Shown here: positions 14,927-28,400 of the stretch, piece by piece | Position numbering within the stretch: position 1 is the first letter of the stretch | Layout of the letters: every line of letters starts with the position of its first letter | Assembly (NCBI GenBank): GCA_000004695.1 | Contig: CM000150.2 | Location: 4,576,001-4,640,000 of the forward strand | DNA: 64,000 nt | DNA from: Dictyostelium discoideum | Taxonomy: Eukaryota | Direction of reading: 5' to 3' | Position numbers and translations under genes: made by a program | The notes under the pieces: model-generated | The model's database searches: none | Seen by the model: the letters and a program-made list of their open reading frames with translations, nothing else | What the model was told of the DNA's origin: nothing

Positions 14927-16864
14927 ATGGAAAGAAATTTATTAAATTGGTTATTTTTAAAAGGAAAAATTGATGGTGATTGGATTTTAGAATATGTAAA
15001 GAATTTATCAGAAAATGGTTTACATATATCATTAAAATCACTTTATTTATATTGTAAATTTCAAATTAATTTTATTGAGGAAGAAAAATTTGTAAATTCT
15101 TATTTAATTAAAGAATTGGAACAAATTAACTCATTAAAAGATAATCATGAATTTATATATAGTATTCATGATAATTTTATTAAAAATAAAATCAAAGAAT
15201 TAGAAAAATGTTTTAATAATAAAAAAGAAATTGAAAATTTTACAAAACAACTATTAATTTGTTTGGATATAATTAGAAATAATAAAAAATTATTAATTAA
15301 AAATGAAAATTTTAATTATTTTAATTTAAAAAATAGTGAACAAAGTGGTGAAACTTTTTTAAACAATATCTGGAGAAATGGTTTAATTAAAGAGAAAATA
15401 ATTTATTATTTATCAATTTTTAAAAATAATAGATTTAAAAAGAAATTTACATCAATTAAAGAATTGGAACAATATAAATTTAAAGATTTTTTAGATTATG
15501 TTGAATTATCACTACCAAATAATAATAATAATAACAATCAAGATAGTGAATTTATAAATGATTATTTAGAGAATCAATTACCATTGTCAATTAGAAAATT
15601 ACAAATTAATAGTAATTTTTATAGTGGTGGTTATTATTATCAAGGTCAACCATATACAAGATATATTAAACCTTTATCAATATCACCATCTGTAACTTAT
15701 TTAGATTTTAGTTGCCATGATGAAATAAATTCTCAAATTAATATGAAATATGTTGATTTTAATTTACCAATTTTAGAAAATTATTTTTTTTTAAAAAATA
15801 ATAAAGATCAACAACAACAACAACAAGTTACATTTAAAATATTACATTTTAATACAAATTTTGATTCAAAAATTAATATTGGTGTTATTCCAGAAGGTGT
15901 TGAAACTATTGATTATACTACAGGTTGTAATCCAAGAGATGGTTTACTAAAATCTGAACAATTTCCAAAATCTTTAAAAACTTTAAATTTCAAAAGATTA
16001 AATTATGAACCACTTAAAAAAGATGATTTATATTGTAAAAATCAAACATTACCAACAACAATTACAAATTTATACTATGATACAAATACTATAATTGATG
16101 TAAATTTCTTTCCTCAATCAATTACAATTTTAAAATTGGGTAATACAAATTTAAGTTATGGTGGTTCAATGGATATATTAAAAGCTGGTGTTTTACCATC
16201 GAAATTGATTGAATTGGATCTTGGTGGTTATTTTAATGAAATTGAGGAAAATGTATTACCATCAACTTTAAAATCGTTAACATTGTGTGATGGATATATT
16301 AAAACTATTAAACCAAGATGTTTACCAAACTCATTGGAATATCTTTCATTTCACGGTGACGATAGTGTTGTACCAAAAGTAAATGATGGAATGCAATATT
16401 TAACATTGAAATCAGTTTTCAAAAAGAATCAACCATGTTTAATTAAAGGTTCATTACCAATTGGTTTAAAAACTTTAAAGCTATCTTCTCGTCAATCATT
16501 TTTAGATATATTAATACCAGATGTAATAACAAAATCACATTGCTCATTAACTAAACTATCAATTATTCAACATAAAATCTATGATTATCAAGATCAACTT
16601 GAATTATCAGAAGAAGGAACTACCTTAAAAATTAATAATTGGAAAAATTTAAAATTTAAATTACCACCAAATGTTAAAATAATTAAATACTTTTCAAATA
16701 GATATTTTCAATTTTTAGATAATTCCTTACCATTAACTCATTTTAAAACTCACTCTAAAACTGAATTTCTTTATAATTCTGATCCAAATTATTCAATATC
16801 TTTAAAAATGTGTAAAGATCATGTATTATCTCATACTAGTTATAAAAATAATAAAATAAAATAA
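14927..16864 (+). CDS. FNIP-repeat-containing protein, paralog 3 (645 aa)
   Basis: MERNLLNWLFLKGKIDGDWILEYVKNLSENGLHISLKSLY matches the paralogs. It carries the same FNIP-like LPxSL repeats and lacks the poly-Ser insertion. Confidence 0.7.
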   Translation: MERNLLNWLFLKGKIDGDWILEYVKNLSENGLHISLKSLYLYCKFQINFIEEEKFVNSYLIKELEQINSLKDNHEFIYSIHDNFIKNKIKELEKCFNNKKEIENFTKQLLICLDIIRNNKKLLIKNENFNYFNLKNSEQSGETFLNNIWRNGLIKEKIIYYLSIFKNNRFKKKFTSIKELEQYKFKDFLDYVELSLPNNNNNNNQDSEFINDYLENQLPLSIRKLQINSNFYSGGYYYQGQPYTRYIKPLSISPSVTYLDFSCHDEINSQINMKYVDFNLPILENYFFLKNNKDQQQQQQVTFKILHFNTNFDSKINIGVIPEGVETIDYTTGCNPRDGLLKSEQFPKSLKTLNFKRLNYEPLKKDDLYCKNQTLPTTITNLYYDTNTIIDVNFFPQSITILKLGNTNLSYGGSMDILKAGVLPSKLIELDLGGYFNEIEENVLPSTLKSLTLCDGYIKTIKPRCLPNSLEYLSFHGDDSVVPKVNDGMQYLTLKSVFKKNQPCLIKGSLPIGLKTLKLSSRQSFLDILIPDVITKSHCSLTKLSIIQHKIYDYQDQLELSEEGTTLKINNWKNLKFKLPPNVKIIKYFSNRYFQFLDNSLPLTHFKTHSKTEFLYNSDPNYSISLKMCKDHVLSHTSYKNNKIK

Positions 16865-17024
16865 ATTAAGTAATTAAAAAAAAAAAAGAATCAATTTAAT
16901 ATAATTTAATTCGATAAAACTAAAATAGATAATTTACAAAAAAAGAAAAGAGTAGATATATATACATATAGTTTGGAACACAAATTTTAAAATAATAGAT
17001 AATTTGGATGTTTTTTATTTATTT

Positions 17025-17070
<46 letters not shown>

Positions 17071-17104
17071 CTTTACTTGGTCAAAAGAAATCTACTAGTT
17101 TAAT

Positions 17105-17521
17105 TTATTTTGTGTAAACGAGATCAGTGATTGAGAAAATTGCTGGTTCTGAACCTTTAGTAATATAACCGAAAGTGAATGTGGTGTTAAATGCTAAACC
17201 GATTTGTGAAATGTATTGTGGGAAATGTAATTTTGCATGTTGTAAATCTTTTGGAATTGCTTCTACAAAGTCTAATTTCCAAAGATCAGATCTTCTTTGA
17301 ATGTTAAAATTGGATTCTGGTATTATAGTTGCATCATAAACCATTGATGTTCCAGTATTGGTTACAGTAGCAACATAGATAGAATAAGATATATCTTGAT
17401 CAGTCCATGTTGAATTTTTCATTTGAGAAATTGTTAATTGCATTGCTTGATTTTCACCATAAACTGCAAATGAAAACATTGCAATCATAAAAGTAATTAA
17501 TAAAATATGTTTGATCATCAT
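17105..17521 (-). CDS. Secreted 138-aa protein, tandem copy 1 (signal peptide + about 115-aa beta-rich domain, possibly carbohydrate-binding)
   Basis: This is an intact ORF (MMIKHILLITFMIAMFSFAVYG|ENQAMQLTISQMKNSTWTDQDISYSIYVATVTNTGTS...). It has a clear signal peptide. A CBM-like function is only a guess. Confidence 0.7.
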   Translation of the reverse strand: MMIKHILLITFMIAMFSFAVYGENQAMQLTISQMKNSTWTDQDISYSIYVATVTNTGTSMVYDATIIPESNFNIQRRSDLWKLDFVEAIPKDLQHAKLHFPQYISQIGLAFNTTFTFGYITKGSEPAIFSITDLVYTK

Positions 17522-18431
17522 TTTTAATAATTTTCTTTTTTTTATTTTTTTTTATTTAAGATCTTTAATTAAATTTTAATTTTTAATGTTTTTAAGAAAT
17601 AAGTAATTTTACTTTGTTTTTTTTTTTTAATGATTTAGAGAAAAAAAAAAATTCTTAAATAGTTTTTTTTTTTTTTTTTTTTTAAATAATAAATAAAAAA
17701 ATTCTTATATTATTATTTACAAGTTTTAAAATAATTAATGTAAAATATATAAAATATTTATAAAAATAGTATGCATAATGGCAGTATAATGATATAATAC
17801 CACTTAAAAAAGTATAAATTTTTAAAAAAAAAATGAAAATGTGGTAAAAAGTGGTAAAAATGATTAATATGATTAAATTAATGATTAAAAAAAAAAAATT
17901 TGGTAAAAACTAAATTGTAATGTGAAAATTGGTGACCTATTGTTTTTAATAATAATTAATTGTATTTTTTTTTTTTTTTTTTTTTTTGTATTAAATCATT
18001 TTTTATTACTTATTTGTTTTAAATGAGTTAAAAAAAAAAAAAAAAAAATAGAATAAAATATAAAAGGATTTTTAAAAAAAAAAACTGAATAATTAAATTT
18101 GAAAAAAAAAAAAAAAACGAACCCGATCCAACTAGTGAGAACAAGTTTTTGTAAGAAATTCAAATTTATTTTGAATATATTTTTTTTTTTTTTTTTTTAT
18201 TTTGGCTTACCCACAAACAATTACATTATATAAAATTTTATTAGATAAATAAAAAAAAAAAAAAAAATAAGAAATGAATAGATATTATCTAAACATTGAT
18301 TTAAGGCTGATATGGATAATTTCAAAAACTCATTTTTGGTATTAAAATAGATAATATGGACATTACAAATTTATTTGGTTTTTTTTTTTTTTTTTTTTTT
18401 TACTTTGTCAAAAGAAATCTACTGTTTCAAT

Positions 18432-18848
18432 TTATTTTGTGTAAACGAGATCAGTGATTGAGAAAATTGCTGGTTCTGAACCTTTAGTAATATAACCGAA
18501 AGTGAATGTGGTGTTAAATGCTAAACCGATTTGTGAAATGTATTGTGGGAAATGTAATTTTGCATGTTGTAAATCTTTTGGAATTGCTTCTACAAAGTCT
18601 AATTTCCATAGATCAGATCTTCTTTGAATGTTGAAATTGGATTCTGGTATTATAGTTGCATCATAAACCATTGATGTTCCAGTATTGATTACAGTAGCAA
18701 CATAGATAGAATAAGATATATCTTGATCAGTCCATGTGGAATTTTTCATTTGAGAAATTGTTAATTGCATTGCTTGATTCTCACCATAAACTGCGAATGA
18801 AAACATTGCAATCATAAAAGTAATTAATAAAATATGTTTGATCATCAT
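18432..18848 (-). CDS. Secreted 138-aa protein, tandem copy 2
   Basis: It is identical to copy 1 except T54I and I67 (2 aa differences). Confidence 0.7.
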   Translation of the reverse strand: MMIKHILLITFMIAMFSFAVYGENQAMQLTISQMKNSTWTDQDISYSIYVATVINTGTSMVYDATIIPESNFNIQRRSDLWKLDFVEAIPKDLQHAKLHFPQYISQIGLAFNTTFTFGYITKGSEPAIFSITDLVYTK

Positions 18849-18988
18849 TTTTAGTATAATTATTTTTTTTTTTTTATTTAAGATCTTTAATTAAAATTTG
18901 ATTTTTAATGTTTTTAAGAAATAAGTAATTTTACTTTGTTTTTTTTTTTTAATGATTTAAAGAAAAAAAAAAAATTAAATAGTATTTT

Positions 18989-19040
<52 letters not shown>

Positions 19041-19362
19041 AATAAAAAAATTCTTATATTGCTATTTACAAATTTTAAAATAATAAATGCACAATAGAAA
19101 AATATTTATTAAAATGGTATGCATACTGGCAGTATAATGATATAATAATATTACTTAAAAAAGTATAAATATTTAATAAAATAAAAATGTGGTAAAAATG
19201 ATTAATATGATTAAATTAATGATAAAAAAAAAAAATTTATAAAAATTAAATTGTAAAATGAAAATATAAAAAATTGGTGACCTTTTGCTTATATTAATAA
19301 CTTATTGTATTTTTTTATTTTTGGATTAATTAATTATTTATTTGTGTAAATGAGTTAAAGCG

Positions 19363-19398
<36 letters not shown>

Positions 19399-19761
19399 TG
19401 AACATATCAAAGGATTTTAAAAAAAAAACCTGAAAATTAAATTTGAGAAATAAAAATAACTCCACCCAACCAATGAGAACAAATTTCTGTAAGAAACCCA
19501 AATTTATTTTGGATTTTTTTTTTGTGATTCAATAAACAATGAACATTTTATTTTTGTATTGCATAAAACTTTAATAGATAATTAAAAAAAAAAAAAAAAA
19601 AAAATGAATAGATATTATCTAAACATTGATTTAAGGCTGATATGGATAATTTCAAAAACTCATTTTTGGTATTAAAATAGATAATATGGACATTACAAAT
19701 TTATTTGGTTTTTTTTTTTTTTTTTTTTTTTACTTTGCCAAAAGAAATCTACTGTTTTAAT

Positions 19762-20175
19762 TTATTTTGTGTAAACGAGATCAGTGATTGAAAAAATTGC
19801 TGGTTCTGAACCTTTAGTAATGTAACCGAAAGTGAATGTGGTGTTAAATGCTAAACCGATTTGTGAAATGTATTGTGGGAAATGTAATTTTGCATGTTGT
19901 AAATCTTTTGGAATTGCTTCTACAAAGTCTAATTTCCATAGATCGGATCTTCTTTGAATGTTGAAATTGGATTCTGGTGTTATAGTTGCATCATAAACCA
20001 TTGATGTTCCAGTATTGATTACAGTAGCAACATAGATAGAATAAGATATATCTTGATCAGTCCATGTTGAATTTTTCATTTGAGAAATTGTTAATTGCAT
20101 TGCTTGATTTTCACCATAAACTGCAAATGAAAACATTACAATCATAAAAGTAATTAATAAAATATGTTTGATCAT
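19762..20175 (-). CDS. Secreted 137-aa protein, tandem copy 3 (first of the MM pair lost)
   Basis: Same protein with a 3-nt deletion at the start codon region (ATCATCAT to ATCAT..), A13V, and a shorter 5' flank. Confidence 0.65.
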   Translation of the reverse strand: MIKHILLITFMIVMFSFAVYGENQAMQLTISQMKNSTWTDQDISYSIYVATVINTGTSMVYDATITPESNFNIQRRSDLWKLDFVEAIPKDLQHAKLHFPQYISQIGLAFNTTFTFGYITKGSEPAIFSITDLVYTK

Positions 20176-20963
20176 TTTAAGTATAATTTGTTTTTTATTT
20201 AAGATCTTTAATTAAATATTAATTTTTAATGTTTTTAAGAAATAAGTAATTTTACTTTGTTTTTTTTTTAATGATTTAAAGAAAAAAAAAAATCTCTTAA
20301 ATAGGATTTTTTTTTTTTTTTTTTTTTTTTTAAATAATAAATAGAAAAATTCTTATATTATTATTTACAAATTTTAAAATTATAAATATACAATAAAAAT
20401 TTTAATAGAAATAGTATGCATAATGGCAGTATAATGATATTATATAATGATATTTTATAATACCACTTAAAAAAGTATAAAATTTTTATAAAATAAAAAT
20501 GTTGTAAAAAGTGGTAAAAATGATTAATATGACTAAAAAAAAAAAATTTATAAAAATTAAATTGTAAAGTGAAAACTTTAAAATGGGTAACCTATCGTTT
20601 ATAATAATAATTAATTGTATTTTTTTTTTTTTTTTTTTTTTTAATTAATTATTAATTTGTTTAAATGAGTGAAAAAAATAAAAAAAAAAAAAAAAAAATA
20701 GGTGAACAAATCTGTTTTTAAAAAAAAACCTGAAAATTAAATTTGAAAAATAAAAATAAGAAATCCAATTTTTTTTTTTTGAATATCCAAAAACAAAGAC
20801 ACATTTTATCTTGGTATTGTATAAAACTTTAATAGATAATTTTAAAAAAAAAAAAAAAATATGAATAGATATTATCTAAACATTGATTTAAGGCTTATAT
20901 GGATAATTTCAAAAACTCATTTTTGGTATTAAAATAGATAATATAGACGTTACAAATTTATTT

Positions 20964-21002
<39 letters not shown>

Positions 21003-21028
21003 GGCCAAAAGAAATCTACTGTTTTAAT

Positions 21029-21445
21029 TTATTTTGTGTAAACGAGATCAGTGATTGAGAAAATTGCTGGTTCTAAACCTTTAGTAATATAACCGAAAGT
21101 GAATGTGGTGTTAAATGCTAAACCGATTTGTGAAATGTATTGTGGGAAATGTAATTTTGCATGTTGTAAATCTTTTGGAATTGCTTCTACAAAGTCTAAT
21201 TTCCAAAGATCAGATCTTCTTTGAATGTTGAAATTGGATTCTGGTGTTATAGTTGCATCATAAACCATTGATGTTCCAGTATTGGTTACAGTAGCAACAT
21301 AGATAGAATAAGATATATCTTGATCAGTCCATGTTGAATTTTTCATTTGAGAAATTGTTAATTGCATTGCTTGATTTTCACCGTATACTGCGAATGAAAA
21401 CATTGCAATCATAAAAGTAATTAATAAAATATTTTTGATCATCAT
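21029..21445 (-). CDS. Secreted 138-aa protein, tandem copy 4
   Basis: Same protein with H5N and S124L substitutions. Confidence 0.7.
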   Translation of the reverse strand: MMIKNILLITFMIAMFSFAVYGENQAMQLTISQMKNSTWTDQDISYSIYVATVTNTGTSMVYDATITPESNFNIQRRSDLWKLDFVEAIPKDLQHAKLHFPQYISQIGLAFNTTFTFGYITKGLEPAIFSITDLVYTK

Positions 21446-22953
21446 TTTTGATAGGTTTTTTTTTAGATTTTTTATTAAAGTTTAATTGTTTTTAAGAAAT
21501 AAGTAATTTTACTTTGTTTTTTTTTTTTTAATGATTTAAAGAAAAAAAAAAATTTCTTAAATAGTTATTTTTTTTTTTTTTTTTTTTTATAAATAATTTC
21601 TTGTTATAATTATTTACAAATTTTAAAATAATTAATGTAAAATATATAAAATATTTATAGAAATAGTATATGCATGATGGCAGTATAATGATATTTAAAT
21701 AAAATTGTGGTAAAAAGTGGTAAAAATGATTAATATGATTAAAAAAAAAAAAAAAAAAAATTACCAAAAAAATTAATAAAAACTAAATTGTAGAGTGAAA
21801 AATGGGTGACATATCGTTTATAATAAAAATAAATTGCATGTTTAAATAAAATAATAATAAAAAAAGAAAATTTTGAATAAATAAAAAAGATATATAAATA
21901 TTTCAACTTTACACAAACAAATATAATATAGTTTAAAAACTAATAAATTTTTGGTGTATATATGAGAATTAACTTCTTTTTTTTTTTTTTTTTTTTTTTG
22001 TTAAAGAAATAAAACAATAATTATTTGGAAAATTCCAAAATCAATTTGGAATTTGGAAATATCAAAATATTTTAGCTATTGACTTAGAACATTACTAAAA
22101 CCAATTGAATATTTTTGGTAGTGGAAATATTAAAATAATTATATTTAATGATAATTTAATTTTTATAACCATGCACTTCCTCACAACAAAATGTATATGA
22201 ATGAATTAAAAAAAAAAAAATAAAAAAATTATTTAAAGTTGACACCAAATTGGGACATTATAGTTGGAAAAATAAAAAAGATTACGAGGTGATTCTAGCT
22301 TGCTTATTTAAAAAAAAAAAATAATAAAAAAAAAAATAAAAAATAAAAATAAAAAAAATATCTCAAGTATGCGACGTTAGAATAATGCGTGCCCCGTGAA
22401 AAAAAGAGTATTGTTTTTTCAAAAAAAAAAAATTCAAAAAAAATTAAAAATTAAAAAAAAAATTCCAAACTTAGATTCTATCTTGATAAAAATCCCTCGT
22501 AGTTGTATTTTCTTTTTTTCCCATCATTTATTTTTATTTTTTTTTATTTTTTTTTTTTTATTTTATTTTTTTTTTTTTTATTTTGCCTCTACTTTCTAAT
22601 TAGCTCTTAATAAATTTCTTTCTAAATTTCAATATTGAGCAATTGCTATGATTGAAAATATCTAATTTTTTTTCCTTTTTTTTACAACATTGTTTCACCA
22701 ACAGGCAAAATTTTTTAAAAAAGGATTAAGAAAAAAAAAAAAAAAAAAAAATTTTTACCATTAATGTTAAATAAAAAGTTTTATTTAACAAATAAATAAA
22801 AACTAAATAACATATAAATAAATAATAATAATTTAAATTCTTGTATATATATAAAATAAAATAAAATAAAATAAAATAAAATAAAATAAAATAAAATAAA
22901 ATAAATATAAAATAAAATATAAATAAAATAAATATAAAATAAATAAATATAAA

Positions 22954-24449
22954 ATGAAAATATTTAATAAATTAATATTTTTAATAATTCAATGTATATT
23001 AATAATAAGTGTAACAAATGCTCAAGTTGATTGTGGTGGTACGGATAATCCATATCCAATTTATAATGAATTACCAGTTTTAATAAATCAAACTACCTAT
23101 GGCAAATTATATAAAATTGGTCCACCTGATAATTTAATAAATATAATAGAATTATATGGTACCCCATATCAAAGAGGTTTAGCACAAGGTCAATTATTAA
23201 AATCTGAAATTAATGATATTTTTGATAACTTTTTTGGTTATATTACAGTCATGGTAAATGAATTAGTTACAAAAGTTTGTATTAATTTAATTTTATTTTT
23301 AATTTTATTTAATAAATTTAATATTGACTTTTTTTTTTTTATAATAAAAATAATAATAATAGTATGCAGATTATTTACCAAAATTTTTAGTTGATGCACT
23401 TGAAGAGGGTGGTGTTGGATTAGCATTAGATATTACAGCAGATTTAACAAAGAAATATACACCAAAATCATTTTTTGAAGAAATGCAAGGTATTGCTGAT
23501 GGAAGTGGTATTGAATATAAAACAATTTTAAGGTAATTATTATAATTATATTTATATATTTATTTATTTATTAATTATTAATTATTAATTTTTTTTTTTT
23601 TTTTTTTAAAAACAATTAGATTACATATGTTCCCAGAATTAATTAAAGCAGCTTGTTCAATGGTTGGTGCATATAATTCAGCAACACTTAATAAAGGATT
23701 ATTACAATTACGAGCATTAGATTTTGGATTTGATCCAATGAATCCATTAAGACTTCATCCAACAGTAATGATTTATCATCCAGAATCAGTTAGTGCAGGT
23801 GGTGATGGTGGTCATGAATTTGCTACATTATCATGGGCAGGATTTTTAGGTACTCTTACTGGTTATAGTCAACATGTTGGTATTTGTGAAAAATATTGGT
23901 TTGGTTATAATGGCACAAGTTCACGTGAAGGTATTCCATTCCATTTCTTATTACGTGAGATTATTCAATTTGATGAATCAATTGATGAGGCATTAAATCG
24001 TATTATTAATGCTGATAGAACTTGCTCGGTTTTCATGGGTTTAGGTAGTAATCAAACTAATACTTTTAAAGCAGTCGAATATTCTTATGAATACGTTAGA
24101 GTATTTGATGATCAAACTCCATTCCCATCCTATGTTCCAACTCCTTCTGCTCATCCAGTAATTCAAGATGTAGTTTATATTGATAAATTCGTCCAACCAA
24201 GTAATCACCAATGTTTAGCTTCAGTTCTTCAAAAATCACTTGGTTCAATTGATGTAACCTCTTTAATCAATGCTGCCGCTCAATTACAAACTGGTGATAT
24301 TCATATTGGTATCTATGATTATCAACAAAATCAAATGTATGTTAGTGTTGGTACTCAATCTGGTCCATATCCACCACCTTCAAATTTCACTATAGTTCCA
24401 GCATATGCCAGACAATTTATTCAAATTGATTTAAATTCATTTTTTAATC

Positions 24450-24454
<5 letters not shown>
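22954..24454 (+). CDS. Secreted Ntn-hydrolase-like protein (acid ceramidase / peptidase C45 acyl-CoA:6-APA acyltransferase-like), 3 exons: join(22954..23253,23363..23532,23620..24454), about 434 aa
   Basis: Exon 1 has a signal peptide (MKIFNKLIFLIIQCILIISVTNA) ending at the GTAAAT donor at 23254. Intron 1 ends at the TAG acceptor at 23362; intron 2 is 23533(GTAATT)..23619(TAG). Phase is consistent throughout. 'LIKAA|CSMVG' is a candidate autoprocessing site exposing an N-terminal Cys nucleophile. The family assignment is tentative. Confidence 0.5.
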
Positions 24455-24480
<26 letters not shown>

Positions 24481-24794
24481 AATTGATTCAAATTCGTTTT
24501 CAATTTCTTAATAAAAAAAAAAAATAAAAATAAAAATAAAAAAAAAAAATAATTTAAGAATGATAAAAAAAAAAAAAAAAAAAAAATTATTTTTAGTTTG
24601 TTGATTAGCACACGATTGATTACTCACCAATAGAGTTGTGGGAAATATTATAATTTTTTTTTAAAAAAAATTTTATTTTATTTTATTTTTTTTATTTTTT
24701 TTTTTTAATTTTCAAAATTTTATTTTTTTTTATTTTTTTTTTTTTTTTATAATTTTTTTTTTTTTTATAAAAAATTAATTAACAAGTTTTTACA

Positions 24795-26080
24795 ATGAGT
24801 ACTACAACTAATAAAAAGCCAATTAGAGTTTATGTTGATGGTTGTTTTGATGTAAGTTTTTATTTATAAATAAAAAAATAAAAAAAAATAAAATAAAAAA
24901 TAAAAAAATGAAAATGAAAATAAAAATAAAAATAAAAAACATAAGGGACAAATTAATTAATTAATCTTAAAAAAAAAAAATAAAAATAAAAATAAAAATC
25001 AATTTTTTTTTTTTTTCAATTTTTTTTTATTTATTTATTAAAAAAAAAAAAAAGTTAATGCATTTTGGACATGCAAATGCATTAAGACAAGCAAGAGAAT
25101 TAGGAGATATTTTAGTAGTTGGTGTACATACAGATGAAGAAATTGCAAAAAATAAAGGTCCACCAGTTATGAATGAACAAGAAAGATATAAAGCAGTACG
25201 TGCATGTAAATGGGCAGATGAAGTTGCAGAAGGTGCACCTTATACTTTAACTGAAGAATATTTGGATAGTTTAAACTGTGATTTTTGTGTACATGGTGAA
25301 GATATTTCAGTTGGTGCAGATGGTAAAGATGTTTATGAAGGCATTAAAAAGAGTGGTAAATTTAGATTCATCAAACGTACTGAAGGTGTTTCAACAACCG
25401 AGTTGGTTGGTCGTATGTTATTATGCACCAAAGACCATCTTCAAAATGTTTCAGGTGAGCAAACCTCACCATTGGGAGGTGTCAATCCAAACGTTTTACA
25501 CAAACAATCACCATACACAAGTTTATCACATTTCCTCCCAACCACCAGAAAGATCGTCCAATTCTCAGAAGGTCGTTCACCAAAACCAAACGATAAAATC
25601 ATTTATATGGATGGTGGTTTCGATTTATTCCATGTAGGTCATACTGAGGCTTTGAAACAAGCAAGAGCACTCGGTGACTATCTCATCGTTGGTGTTCATG
25701 ATGATAGAGTAGTTCACGAACAAAAAGGTAGCAACTTCCCAATTATGAATTTACATGAACGTGTACTCTCTGTACTCTCATGTCGTTATGTCGATGAAGT
25801 TGTCATTGGTGCTCCATTCAGTGTCACCAAAGATATGATTGACTCACTTCACATCAATGTTGTCGTTCATGGTGATGATCAAGTTGTACTCGGTCCAGAA
25901 GGTGGTGTAGATCCATACAAACTCCCAAGAGAATTAGGTATTTACAAAGAAGTTAAACATACTGAAGGTCTCACTGCAACTGAAATCGTTAAAAGAATCA
26001 TTGATAATAGACTTCAATATGAAGCTCGTAATCGTAAAAAAGAAGCAAAAGAAATTAATTTCATTGAACAATCAAATTAA
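24795..26080 (+). CDS. pctA: Ethanolamine-phosphate cytidylyltransferase (CTP:phosphoethanolamine cytidylyltransferase, PCYT2-like), 2 exons: join(24795..24851,25055..26080), 360 aa
   Basis: Exon 1 is MSTTTNKKPIRVYVDGCFD followed by the GTAAGT donor at 24852. The AAAG acceptor at 25054 leads into LMHFGHANALRQ. There are two cytidylyltransferase HxGH motifs (HFGH and HVGH) in two tandem CTP-transferase domains. Codon usage is GC3-biased. The gene symbol is recalled from memory. Confidence 0.8.
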
Positions 26081-26286
26081 AAAAAATTAAAAAATAAAAA
26101 ATAAAAATAAAACAAATAAAAAAAAAAATAGAAAAAAAATTTAATAAAATCTTTAAGTGACCCATCAAATCGATCTTAACTTTTCTTTATGAAAGAGAAA
26201 AAAAATAAAATAAAATAAAAAAAAAAAAAAATGTTCACAATTAGATGTGATCGTATTTAGATCCTGACTTTTTTTTTTTATTTTTT

Positions 26287-26319
<33 letters not shown>

Positions 26320-26526
26320 CATTTTACAAATAAAAAAAAAAAAAATAAAAAATAAAAAAAAAAGCCATGGGTATGTTCACAAAACCCAATTTTTATGGTG
26401 GGATTAAAAATTTAATTAATTTTGAATTAAATTTTGAATTCTGATGATTTTTTTTTTTTTTCATTTTTTTTTTTTTTTCAATAAATAGGATTTTTTTTTA
26501 TTTTATTTTTTTTTTTCAATACTTAA

Positions 26527-27687
<1,161 letters not shown>

Positions 27688-27790
27688 ATTATTTAATAAA
27701 TAATAAAAAAACAAATTGTTGTAATAATCTAATATTTTCTTTTTTTTTTAATTTTTTTTTTTTAAATCTTAATAATTATTAAGTTATTTT

Positions 27791-27830
<40 letters not shown>

Positions 27831-28140
27831 CTATCAAAAAAATCAAATATATTTAAAAAATTTATTATTTACAGATACATTTTGAATGGTGAAGATAAAT
27901 ATATGCATTAGATGTAAAACAGCCAAAGAGTATGAAAATCAAAAAGATAAAGCTTCACCAACAAAAACAAATACAACAACAATTATAGAAGAGGATTTTA
28001 TAAAAACAAAAAAAAAACAAATTCAGAAATAAAGAAAAGAATCAAATTCAATTTCCAAATTAAAAGTTTGTGTATTGTATTTAATTGTTCAATATTACCC
28101 AATTATAAATAATTTTAACTATCATCTTATTATAATATCA

Positions 28141-28400
28141 ACTACTAACCAACCCAATTGAACACGGTATCGTTACCAGCTGGGATCATATGGAAAAAAC
28201 TGGCATCATTCTTTCTACCATGAACTCAGTGTTGCTCAGAAGAACAGTCAGCCCTCTTAACTGAATCCCCATTTAATTAAAAGGCAAACAGAAGAAAAAT
28301 GACTCAAATTATGTTTGAAACCTTAAATACCCCAGCCATGTGCGTTGTTATCCATTCAAGCCGTCTTGTACTTATTTTCTTCTGGCCGTACCACTACAAG
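28141..28400 (+). pseudogene. Actin pseudogene fragment (covering about actin codons 70-150, with frameshifts and stops)
   Basis: The fragment 'aacccaattgaacacggtatcgttaccagctgggatcatatggaaaaaactggcatcat...gactcaaattatgtttgaaaccttaaataccccagccatgtgcgttg...ggccgtaccactac' aligns to actin 26758..27010 ([19 protein letters not shown]...[17 protein letters not shown]...GRTTG). It carries indels. Confidence 0.85.

Larger units (their letters stand above)
16990..21800. repeat. Tandem array of four direct repeats (1327/1330/1267-bp periods), each carrying one copy of a 138-aa secreted-protein gene plus a conserved intergenic spacer
   Basis: The CDS copies at 17105, 18432, 19762 and 21029 and their flanks are more than 95% identical, including the 3'-flank motif 'GAATAGATATTATCTAAACATTGATTTAAGGCTGATATGGATAATTTCAAAAACTC'. 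The array boundary is near 16990, where the flank diverges. Confidence 0.9.

Noticed and set aside
16990-21800. Possibility that the periodic 1.33 kb repeats are a CRISPR array or a transposon
   Set aside because: The units are 1.3 kb (not 25-50 bp), contain a protein-coding gene each, have no spacer diversity and no TIR/LTR/RT/transposase. It is a eukaryotic tandem gene array.
25278-25637. 119-aa ORF overlapping pctA in another frame
   Set aside because: It lies within a well-conserved cytidylyltransferase coding region. The alternative frame has no conserved features.
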